A stretch of 64,000 nt of DNA from positions 124,001 to 188,000 of the forward strand of contig NOWV01000147.1 of assembly GCA_003344405.1 (NCBI GenBank), written 5' to 3'. The DNA is from Trichoplax sp. H2. Taxonomy: Eukaryota. This document shows positions 1 to 12,986 of this stretch, piece by piece (positions within the stretch are counted from its first letter, which is position 1; each line of letters opens with the position of its first letter). The translations under genes and the position numbers were made by a program. Below the pieces are notes generated by a model. It made no database searches and had not been told where the DNA came from. It worked only from the letters and a program-made list of their open reading frames with translations.

Positions 1-224
1 TTGAATTTAACGATTTTCCTTGATGATATTCTCTATAATAGGTATCACAAGAATCGTCATCATTTTGATATCTCTACTTGAATAATTTGATAAAAATTAA
101 ATTGGATTTTTATTTTTTATCCAAATACGATTCCAATTATAATTGAATATTTGGGCAATATTCTCTTGCTACGTTAATAAAGGTTTACAACTTTACGAGC
201 AGAAGAAAGAGACTTGAATAGAAA

Positions 225-2853
225 ATGGCCGCCAACAAACACTTCAATTTATTATTCTTTTGCATAACCATACTCTTAATTTCGGATTCTTTGTCGACAA
301 ATAAAATAAGAGTATCTATTTCTGAAGGTAAAGGATGTTTTTCCCTGCACTGTTTCTAACAATTAGAATTCAGTGATTTTATTTTGATGTCTTGCGTTGA
401 TTAAAATATTCACTGTAGTACAGAATTGAGCAATATTTGCAGAAGTTCCTGGTAATACGAAATTTGCTGCATTTTCATACGCTTTTTATTGACTATTTGT
501 AATAGATGGTAATCGCAACATCATTTTTTCTTGTCACTCCTATCCTAAAGAAAGCATTGCGCTTAAAGATGCGCGTCTACAGTAGATGTTAGGAGAATTT
601 AAATCTCTCATTTCTAATATTTTAGATCCTGACTTCGTTCCAGACCGGAGCCAGTTGGGCAAAAGAACAGTTGTAACGGAAATGATCCAAAAACGATCAT
701 CGCGACGTCCATGCAGATCAATAGACACAATATTGTCCTGCTCTAATGACGATCAGGATACAAAGGCATTTCCTGGTCTATGTCATTGCGATTCAGAATG
801 TATTCTATATGGAGATTGCTGTATGAATTATAAAAATCCTTGTCCAAAGACCAATGTAAGTCTTGTGACTACGACAAATCGGTCTTGCAAAAAAGTTCAG
901 ATGACAAATTGGATAAAGCAACGATTGCCAGCTAGACAGAATAAAACGTTGGTTAGTTTATATAACTATCGTTGTCTAAAAGGCTCTTTGGTCGTTACAA
1001 AATGCCCTTCGCATTGGAGCGATAGTTACTATCGCAATAAATGTGAGAATATATCAGATACATTCAACTTTTATAGTCATGTACCTGTTGTCCATAATAC
1101 AACCAATATCGCCTATAGAAACATTTACTGTGCTCTTTGCCATCGAGTTAATGTAACAAATTTACAAGATATCCGCTTTTGGAGCATTGCTATAAAATGT
1201 AATTTATCGGAAAATGCTATTGAGTTTTGGAGTTTACAGAGTGATGGTCTATGGAAATATTGTTCATTGATATCGTTGATTAATTATAATGATACGACAT
1301 CGGCTCCGCGTAGAAAGTGTCGTCTAGAAATGGGTAATGAAATGATCTCTACATGTTTATCTGATCCAAAATCTCTGAAGATGAATCAAAGTTTTTTTCA
1401 AGCAATTCGAGACGGCTGCCAAAGTTATATCGCACCAATCGTTTCTGGCGGACAATTATACCACAATCCGTTTTGTTTAATGTGTAGTACAACAGCTATC
1501 CATCTTAATGTTAGTTGTCTGATTAGATCACCGCTTCCACCTCAAATGGGTACTCTTGCATTCGGGGAAGGCTTCATAACAGATCTGGCAAATCCCGTGT
1601 ACTATGACCTACATTATAATCCACTCACGAGCACGATTACTTATCGAAAGTTTAGAGGCAATATGAAAGACAGTTTTACGCTTACAATATTGCTCTTTTG
1701 TGAAGTAGGAATGTTGTATAATCCTTGGACAAACCAATGCCAAAATGTGTTCCCAAAACCTATCGCTATATTATTGCATCAAGAGAATAAGACTGATCCA
1801 TACAAAAATTCAACCAATAATAATAGTAGTAATTTTGAAAACACTATGCAAAATCGAACTTGTCATCTTACCTATGGAAATGCAAATACTACTGCTTATT
1901 TCAACGCTACTCATGTTGTTTTTCTACCTACCAATAAGACTTTCTTAGCTGCAAGATTACCAAATCACAATAACCATTTTTCCTTTTATAACTGTACTAC
2001 CAATAGCAGTAGTGCGTTAGTCAATCAGACGTTAAGCACTGTTGTCTTATCCTCAGCTTTATATTATTCACCTGCTGTAATGTCTATCGTTGCATTTATG
2101 TTGCAAATTTATTTTCATTTTCACAAGAGGTTAATTTGCCGATGGTGTATAGCATGTTGGTCACTTACAGTTATGTTGTTAGAGATTTCTATCATCATTA
2201 ATCAATCGATACAGTCAACTCCATCTGCAATATCCTCGATCGATTGCGATATACTATTAGCCGTCCATCACTTTCTTGAACTTTCCACATGTCTTTGGAC
2301 TGTTGCGATAAGTAAGGATGTCTATTACCGCAGTCGTCATGATGATTTTTTACATCATTCATCCTTTCCTTGCAATATATTTTGCTTCTCCCTTATGGCT
2401 TGGCTATTGCCTGGTGCAGCGGTTGGATGTTTCATAACTATCAATAAATATAGTTTAGGACTAACGTATGGTAACCATACTCATTGCCAGTTCCAAGACG
2501 CTACCATTCTGGTATGGTATTCTTGCGTACCCTATTGCATCCTTGCAAGTGTCTGCCTTTTAATCTATATCGCGGCATTGCTATCAAGAGTGCAACATCG
2601 TCGTCAAAGCAATAAGAATGATCGTCGCCTCAATGATGATTCTACGCGTAGGTACACGACCGATCAAGATCAATTCAGTGAATATCAAAAAATTTTATTC
2701 TTGATGCTTATGTCCACGGTTGTTAACTCCAATCTCATTGTACGCAGTATTGCAACTATGGCCACAACTACCCTATCGTATATGCAATATATCAGCATTA
2801 GTGTTCATTTTCTTCAGGGATTGATTGTCGGTTGTGTTTCATTTGTTGTATGA
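225..2853 (+). CDS. Somatomedin-B-domain, cysteine-rich family-B/adhesion-like 7TM GPCR
   Basis: Exon 1 (225-327) encodes a signal peptide MAANKHFNLLFFCITILLISDS and ends at a phase-1 GTAAAG donor. This splices in frame to the acceptor tttag at 625 and the long exon 626-2853. The protein has an SMB motif (CHCDSECILYGDCC), repeated YRNIYCALC/YHNPFCLMC cysteine motifs and seven hydrophobic segments with class-B-like AWLLP (TM4) and FLQG (TM7). The 3' end may instead splice (GT at 2848 to AG at 2960). Confidence 0.8.
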
Positions 2854-3532
2854 CTATTTTAGACAAGTATTTGCTTTCAACAGTTTATCATGCATGTATT
2901 GATTGAATTTCAATGTTGGTAAGTTTTCAACTGTTTCACTTAACATGGTAATCTTCTTAGGTGTTGGCCTGGTGTTAAAACATGAGCCATTAGCGTTAAT
3001 TATCTGTGGCGTAGCGCATTTCTTGAATAGCGTTCTTTCTTTGAACCTTCATTCACTTCATTAAATACTGTAAAGTGTCAACCTAGTCTATCGGATATCT
3101 GCAACATTTGATGCATGTACACTGAGCTAATGTTCTACGATAGTATGAAAGTATTTTGTTATTGGAAACAACCCTGTCCTGCCCAGTGCCATGGACTACA
3201 AAAAGAAATACCTATAGAGCAATTCGCTGGTAGCGTATTTCTTTGATAGTCCATGACTGTGATGAACATTGTCTGGATCAACGCTCGATTGCAATATCGA
3301 TTGATTTTTACTGACGTCTGCTTAAATTCATATTGAGTAGTCTCATTTTAAACTTTTGCACGTTTGCATGCATCCATTTGGCTGGCCCAGAAGCCAAAGG
3401 CATTTGCGATCTACTGCACATCCATCGCTTGCTTGGCATGATTCACTTAATATCCATGATTGCTAATGATGGCTAGTCGGATCCATCTTGGCACCAATTG
3501 CGACAAGCCGTTGCGCTCATCCACAACCGTTA

Positions 3533-3725
3533 TACTGTACAGTGTACAGTACACTGTACTGTACAGTAGAGTCGAATAAGCCACGCCTGTCCATCACTCT
3601 ACGTACTGTAGAGTATCGGGTAGTCTGTAACAACCTCGGACACGTTACCGTATCGGCTCGTCGTTACAGCCTGTTACCATGTGAGCCGATACGCTGACGT
3701 AAACACCAGTGTTGACCGTTGAAAT
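3533..3725. promoter_or_regulatory. Promoter-like island (TACWGTA cluster, CpG-richer, TGACGT motif) with no identified coding gene beside it
   Basis: Same composition as the islands upstream of ATAD3, ALG3, UBL5 and DDX19: tactgtacagtgtacagtacactgtactgtacagta at 3533-3568. Confidence 0.45.
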
Positions 3726-5243
3726 TTCACTCATAAAAAGCTTGACGCTAGAGGACGCTGAAACGGATTGCAACCACCCACGTCCCAATGACGAACCACT
3801 GACGCATGTCACTCAACAACCAACTTTCTTCATCACTCCATGTCAACAACAAGTCTGCAAAGATGATTGCAGCTGATAAACTACCATGACCTAAAACTAG
3901 TACTACTGTAGTACTTGCTACCGGGATCAGCATTAATCAACAGCTCTACGACTTCTAGATACTGTACATAGATATCCTTCCATGTGTCAATGGATGTTAT
4001 TCATTGGGTGCTTGCCTGCTCATGGGCTAGCATCGCTGCATCTGTCGAAAGAAGTGTCGATGTTGATCTCCGTTGCTAAAACTTGTATGTCTATATTTCA
4101 TCTCGACAAGCTGATAAAGGCTGTGATTGATTTCTTTCAAGCTTAGCCGACAGTCCATTTTCAACAAAATGATCAATAGTATCCAGCATTTGGTAATGAT
4201 ATTTTACTACCTACAGCATTGCTGAAACTGCAATATTGGAGGTAGTAAAATGTATGATGGCAAAATGCCAGAGACTAAAGATCACTCCATGACACATATC
4301 TATCTGTTATCATGCTTTTTCAACTGCAGAGAACTGAAGCAATCATTGGTGCCATCAACAATAACGCTCCATGATATACTGATATGGTACTGTACTTTAC
4401 TTGGCCTGGTGAACGCCTATATCTGCTATATACTATACAGTACTGTATGTCCATTGAGTGTATTTTATCTAGGTCCAAGGTGGGAATCTTGGACAATTTC
4501 CAGACTTGCAGTCGCGCCAAAGTACCCTACGATCTAATATGTAACAATAATCAACAGTAGTATACGGTAATACATTAGGCGAATCGGTTCATGTTCAAGA
4601 TGGCGCACAGTAGTTCCATCACTGCGATCAATATGGAAATTGATGCTATCGATGCTCGATGCTTTCTATGTAGATACAGTAGATCTTTGGCAATCATATT
4701 TCTATTTACTAATGCACACGAATCGTTATGATGTGTCAATTCTTTGCATACCTATACAGCATTGCTCATCCACTCATGATGACTGCAGTGGACTGCATCA
4801 AGACGGAATAAATTGCCTTTCTCACTTCATGGACCGACTTGCAAATGCATCAATGTTATCTAATGACCAGACAGATAAAAATAAAAAGGAAAATAATCCA
4901 TTGCTATTCAACAAGATCAGATAAGGATTCCTCCATTCAACAATTCTTTATTATCAACAACCAATCAAAGTCTTTACGCTTCTTAAGTTATCTATGTTGG
5001 AATGGCCAGCCATCACTGGTCTAGTTTTGTAGGCGTTCCATTTGGGCCGATCAGCACCGCCCCATCGACATAATCGCGCGATCAAAATACGATTGCTTTT
5101 AAATTAAAATTAACGACTATATCACCATTTCTGCGACTTGGCGTGATTACAGTAGACCGTGTATACCGAAAGCTGGAACAGACTTGGTTCTGTCAAAGTG
5201 CTGTATTTCTACAATTTCCTAGTACTGTCATTACTCTTGTTTG

Positions 5244-6193
<950 letters not shown>

Positions 6194-8057
6194 ACGATAG
6201 GAACTATAAAACAGCATCAAGCGACGACTCAACGCAGCAAGCCTAATGGTAGTCAACGTATGCTGTATTTTCTAGTTTCCCATTTTTTGCTTTTGATTTG
6301 CCTAGCGTTTAGCACTATTCATTGTCTACCTCTACAATATGATATGACTATATATATTTCTTATGCATGCTTGAAAAGAGAATTTGTTACTGTATTGCAA
6401 TGCCTATGGTTTATTCCGGTTTAAATGGTGAATTTATTGTTAATTCTTAAAATAGTAAAAAGAGGATGGCAAATTGATGCTTTTAAAATCAAACATTGAT
6501 ATGAAACAATTCGAGCATAGTGATGTACCGTGGTAGGGAGCGAAAATACGTCTTGATTCTACTATTGTATTACGTGAAAACAAATTGAAGTTTATACTCT
6601 GACAAGCGTACATAATGTTAGCCTTGGCAATTTAGTATTTCTACTAGTAAATTTCTTCAGGTAGATTTCTCAAGGTAATAGTTGATTAATTATAGTGCAT
6701 AAAGATGCAGGTATATCTTTCATCAGTAGGAAGTATATATATAGTCCTTTAATACCATTATTTGAGAAACGCATTTTTCAGAGCTTATTTATTATATTCT
6801 CAACTGAACATCCTGTTTACCCTTTGTCGATCGTGTTGTGCGTAATTCCGATTTGAAATATCAATGCATTTACTGGAAATTTATTTCAATTCAATTTTAC
6901 CTTTGCTGCAATTTTCAGTTATGTAATAAATTGAGGCTACAATGGTTAACTGCCCATATTTATATTGGAATATTAGTGCAATGATTTAGTTTTGCTTAGG
7001 TATAGAATACCTATCGATGATCATTAAATATTTCATTGAATTACTTAAATTGCGTTTTATACTAGTTGAATAATGCGACATCAAAAGCGACTACGCAGCT
7101 GGCTGCGTATGTCAAGTAGGATATCCTTTTTTAAATTGGACTCGCAAAGATTCTTTGCATCAAAAATGATCTTATCTAACTAAAATCGAAGAATACTAAC
7201 TGGATTATGTCGCAACCAAATTAATTACTTTATCAATCTAAGTATAAAAAGGCTAACCAAGCAATGATAGCAATTGATATGTGTGCTGGCTGCATAGTGA
7301 GCAGATGAATTTTCATTCAATAGTTAGTTTTCATATCGCATAGTGAAAAGCGCAATTGTCTAATGTTATATTATAGATTGGACAATGCCGCCGCATCAGT
7401 AGAATTGAATGATTTTCTAGTTCCGATTAATTGTAAATTGTTCCTGTGTTCGTCACAAATTGGCGCAATATGGCGTGAGAGACTAACGTTCAATTCTATG
7501 CTGATAGCCAAACCAATGTTCATAATGACTAGATAACGCTGTGCAATTACTTAGACTCTATGTTCAACGTGATTTATCAATTCAATACCTTGCAATAGGA
7601 GTACAAGAGGTTATTCAAGTCAGACCGACGTCTGATACAGTAAACTTGCCAAGATTAGTCATCATCCAATGTTTGCGAAAGATCCCTAATTAACTTCATT
7701 ACTAGTGGCTGTTAACTACTGTATGCGTATATCCGTTTACACGAGCCTGCTATACGATGCCATTCTGTACAACATTTGACACAGAATTTCAATCTAATTT
7801 ATAGCCTAATATTAGAATAATACGCATAAAAAGCGAAACGACGACAAAACCTTCTATAGAGTAACGCACATTGCTCTACGAAGAATTACGCCAAGCTCAA
7901 TCATAAGTACTATCGATTTATTGCATTACAAAGTATAATAATTGGATCTTGTAATTCGTGTGATACCTTTTCTGTTGGGTAAGCGAACGACGAATAAAAA
8001 AGTGATTATTATTATTATTCTCAATTATAAATTATACGTTTAGATATTGGCCGTAGA

Positions 8058-8074
8058 ACACACACACACACACA
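8058..8074. repeat. (AC)n microsatellite
   Basis: acacacacacacacaca seen directly. Confidence 0.8.
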
Positions 8075-11000
8075 TCTAGTCTATCGTAGTCGACTAGCCT
8101 AAATGTCTTGTTAATCAGTAAGGCATATTGGCAACGGCAGCTGCTAGACTACTATATTTTACTAAAATGACAACTTCCTTTGAAAATAATAATAATATTA
8201 ATTAATAGACATCCACAAATTGTATGGTCACTTGGTCAGGACTAAGCCTTTTTAGCCATCTCTTTCTGCCAAATACAACAGATTACTCCACCTAGAATAA
8301 CATTCTTTTACGTAGATATCATTTTCACCCACAAAAGTACATCAATTTTAATCATAAAAAAGATTATCATAAGAATTCCTTGGTATACTGTAGTCTAGGG
8401 TATTTTCACATATTCCAACGGAATAGATAGACTGTCTTACAATCCTTGAAATTTTATTTTAGCAAATGAATAAAAATTACCTACCTTGTTAATCGTTGTC
8501 GGTAAAGCAAGACATTTAATCAGTAACAGTACTGACAATTCAATCTATGATTAAAATTCCGACATTAAATGATCAAATGAAATCAGAATAAAAATATATA
8601 TTCCTGTATTATTCTACTTAAGCAAGCATGTGTATCCAATTAATAAAGAAGAATAACTGGTAGTCTCATTCTTAGGCTATCCAATTAAACAATTATTAAT
8701 TATTGGCGTAACTAGTTATCACCTTACTAAATTTAAATATAACCAGCTTGATTCAGTTTTTTCGAAAAAATTGCCATCAGGGTACCTATGAAATTAATAT
8801 CATAGACTATCAGCATCTTCTGTATGCTGGATATTATTAAATAGGGTGTAGAATTTCGTATAGGTAATATACTCCATTATGACAATGTTATAATATAATC
8901 CATTCTAAATATTAAATTCATATTATCAATTGGGACTGTCTTAAATTTATCGATCGAAATAAATTGTCATCAATGATGTGGCACCGCTCAAGATTGAATG
9001 GCCTCAACGGATACAGTACTATCTTGTCTAAGAAAATTAATTAAGATTCCATTAGACGTGTCTATATTTAATGATTGCATTTTCATCCTGGTGTCTACTC
9101 TAAAACAAAAGTTAAAATAGTCCTGAAAATGTCCCACACGTCGAATACGGATGAAATCATGACTTTAATTCAACATATCTCAAGCAAAGCTTTCATAATT
9201 TTGATGGTAACTATGCATTAATTGAAAGATAGAATAATATCACCTTATCATTACTGTATCGTTATTCCATATTATGTATATGGAGAATTAATTGAACGGT
9301 GGGTCTTGCATTCTTTAAAGAATAAAAATTAAATACGCAAATTACCATTATGGACTTCGATATTGTCAAGGGATACCGACGTCATTAGGATGTTATGGTA
9401 TTATCAATAACTTAAATTTCCTTCTATAATTTGTAATTTAATTTTTCAATTAAATATCAATAAAATAGTTGACACTCTTTCATGTTAAGAATACTTTATT
9501 TATTATTGAGGACATTTTTTTATATCATTGCTGGCTGGCTAGAGAGGGAACTATCACGAACTAGCGGTTACGCAAATGGTCGGCAGATTGAGCATAATTC
9601 AAAGAATAAAAATACAATTAGATTATTTCTTATCGTAAATTGACTCCATTTCTCTATCGCGGAGATAGAAAGCATTTTAAACATTAACCAATTGGCATAG
9701 GTATCGATCTCTTTGCAAATAATGCAAACTATCATCAGTGATACTCAATTTTAGTTTATACTCGTATACTAATAGATAGTTATAAATCATACGTGGATTA
9801 AAATGCATACAATCTTCATCTATCACCATCATTAATTCATACGATAAAAATATAGCGTCAGAAAAGCAATATAATAGTAATTTTAATTCAATTTTATCAT
9901 GATTGATGATATCGTTATCCTATATGATAGGAGAAATGAAAAAGACTGTACGTTGATTTATAGGCTATAAAAAAATTGTCATGGTTAATTATCGTCAGTA
10001 GATTAAATATCCAACTTTAATTGTTATATCATCATTGTATAGATTGTCTTAAGACAAGGACAAGTAGGAATGCAATATGACGTCAAATATCAAGTGACAA
10101 AAGTAAAAGAACGATAAATGGTCAATTTTAGTATGAAGGTTGAGTTTGATTTAAAATTTGGGGGGATATCTCAATATCATGCCTATCGATATGGACCTAA
10201 ACCTCTATTCAAGCATAGCTAGTTATTCTACGAGTATGGATAGGTCTACTTTTAGTGTAATTACTATCATGAAGATGAAAACTGATAAGTAACGAAAACA
10301 ATTAATCATCATCTTGACAATTTTAAAACTATAGTATTGGAATTGACATCATTCAACCGGATGTCTTGGCCGAAGGTAACCGGAATTATTGGGTATTGAT
10401 TCGATTAAATAGATTTGCTTTTCAATCTGTCATTGATTTGATTAATTTAAACAAAATAAAAAAAAATGATTGCTATATCAATATTAGCTCTGGGTAATAA
10501 CAAAAGCATAGAAGAATAAAAGTGGATTCCTTTCTCAAAACATTCAATTTAAATTACTAGGTAAATCCTATTCATTATTCAAACCCATTTATTTCTCACC
10601 TTTTCAATTGGCCATCCATTATGAGTAAAATAGATGATTTGTCTTGTATCATCACAAGTTTAAATTATGCTACAAAAAAAAATGGAAAAACCATTGCCGA
10701 TGATCACGTATACCATTTATTTTATTTATTTTTATTATTTCAATGCAGCGAATTAAAAGGCAAAATGCATGTGAAGAAAAAACTCAGCACAACATTTTCT
10801 GGTACTTACCGGAGAAAACTTAATTATGACTGATCGCATGGCAGACGGTATGAAATATCGTCGGTTTCGTAGACTATACTAAAATCAATGTTGTTATAAT
10901 AAATGACGAGAATACCTAATGTTAGGGTATTTTATTTCTTACAAGTTTAAAAATTCTAATGCGAAAAAAATAATATGAATTTTTTTATTGAATATTATAA

Positions 11001-12986
11001 CTAAACAATCGTACCAAGGTCAATTAATAAGCAAGAGTTGAAAGGCTCTCATTTGCAATCAATGGTATTTAGACTTGAATTGCGATAGGTTTAGAACGGA
11101 TAGTTTATCCATTTATAATTTCCAATAATAGTTATTCTTATTTTATTACTCTTTCTAATTATAATAGCAATAATGTTTTTTTAGAACAAAAATAATCATT
11201 TCAAAATAATATTGAAAGAATTAAAATTAATCAGTAAAAATAATGATAACAAAAAATAGTGATGGCGTTTTTACATCTCCAGTAGCTTCTTCCCCTTCAT
11301 CTGCCTTCATCGATGAGCTATTTTTTACCTTGACTAATTTACAATTTCAAGTAGCATTACAATTTTTTTCTATTATATACTTTAACAACGATAGCGAACA
11401 TAAGACTGCTAGATAGAAAATAAATAAATATATTCATGTTAATTAATCGAAAGTAAATGAAGTAGCATTACATTAAATTAATACTGAAAGTAATTGCATA
11501 CATTTTAATCTATTTACAAGTTACTATCAAATAAGAATAATTATATCATCGGTAGATTGCTTTACAACTTGATAAGATTGTAAATCTATCAGGCTTTAAT
11601 AATCAATTAATTAATTAATAATTCAAGTCATGATCATTTAATCTTCAATCTTTTAAGCTATTTTTTTTCTTATGTTAGCAACGATAGTACTGGAATGATA
11701 AATTATCTGACTAACCATCAGAAATTGCTTATCCACAACTATTGGTTTTATTATCATCAATTATTTTCGAATACTATGGACTAGTTTTACCCATCTTTTA
11801 GATCAGTGCTTTACCTTACTCGATAAATGACAGCAACACCCAGTTATCGTATTATCAATTCGTAGGCGAACGGCCTATACAATGCAGGAAATGCAATGAT
11901 TGCCATTGATTAACTTACTCTCCATATATGAAGTACAGTTAAGCGGTCAGATGGAATAAACGATAGAAGGCGAGAAAGAATAAATGAAAATATAGAATTA
12001 AAAAAAATATTAAAGATAAAAAAAATTAACAAATTAAATTGGATAACAAAAATTGATTTATCAATAGTGATAAAATACTAATTTTTATTTTTTTATTTTT
12101 TCTATCAACATGTAAATCAATATAAAAAATAATTATAATCAATCTTCATCTTCGTCCTGTAACCGATTTCAACATGGGTACATCCCTTTCAACTGGACTA
12201 ATGTGAAAAGTAGCCAACGTCAAATGATTGTGAACACATCATATCATCAAATAACGTATAGGATTTTTATTTCCTCTCTTCCCTTTTTTCATCATTGAAT
12301 AACAATTAAAAAATATCAATAGCATAGCATTGATTCTTGGTCACGCTTTCAACACGGTAAACAGGAAATAAAGTACTCATTTGAATAAGAATTTTAAAGT
12401 CAGACAGTAAGAAGTAAAAAATAAAGATTGTACATCCATCACTGCTTCCATCTCCAAGCTATACATTAACCTGCAGTCATCTTAACAATAGTAGCTTTAT
12501 TGATCGTCCATCAATCCATTTTTCTAATTTACGCCATGGAAATTGTTTGTTCAATGCAGAGAAATGATCTTCATATAAGAATGATCGCCATCTACACGAT
12601 ATATTAATAGCGATAAGAAATTGATTGAAAGAGGTTGTTTCCTGAATTTTTTTCTCCTATTTATATTTAGATCAAGAAGCTATCGGTAATTGATTCATGA
12701 TTGCTTTAAATACGATCTATTTGCAATTTGATGATTACTTTTTCCACCTAGGTTATTTATTGATGATTACTTATTATTATTATTTACGCCTGCAATTAAG
12801 GTATATCAAGCCTGAAGTATTGGAATTTGAATTGTTACTTCTACTCCGGTTGACTTAGATCTTTGGTACTCTTTTAATTAATCCTCATCTCGTTGTGTAA
12901 TTGAAATTACAGTAGGCGATATAGACTTCAGATTAATTTCTCTTATCCACCAGATCTAAATCAACTAGTAAAATCCAATACAAGTT

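Noticed and set aside
3972-3980. ATATCCTTC as an AT-AC intron donor
   Set aside because: No flanking exon or matching branch point/AC end could be identified.
4238-4259. True let-7 orthologue
   Set aside because: Wrong arm, only 15/22 identity and first base not U. Kept only as a hairpin worth checking.
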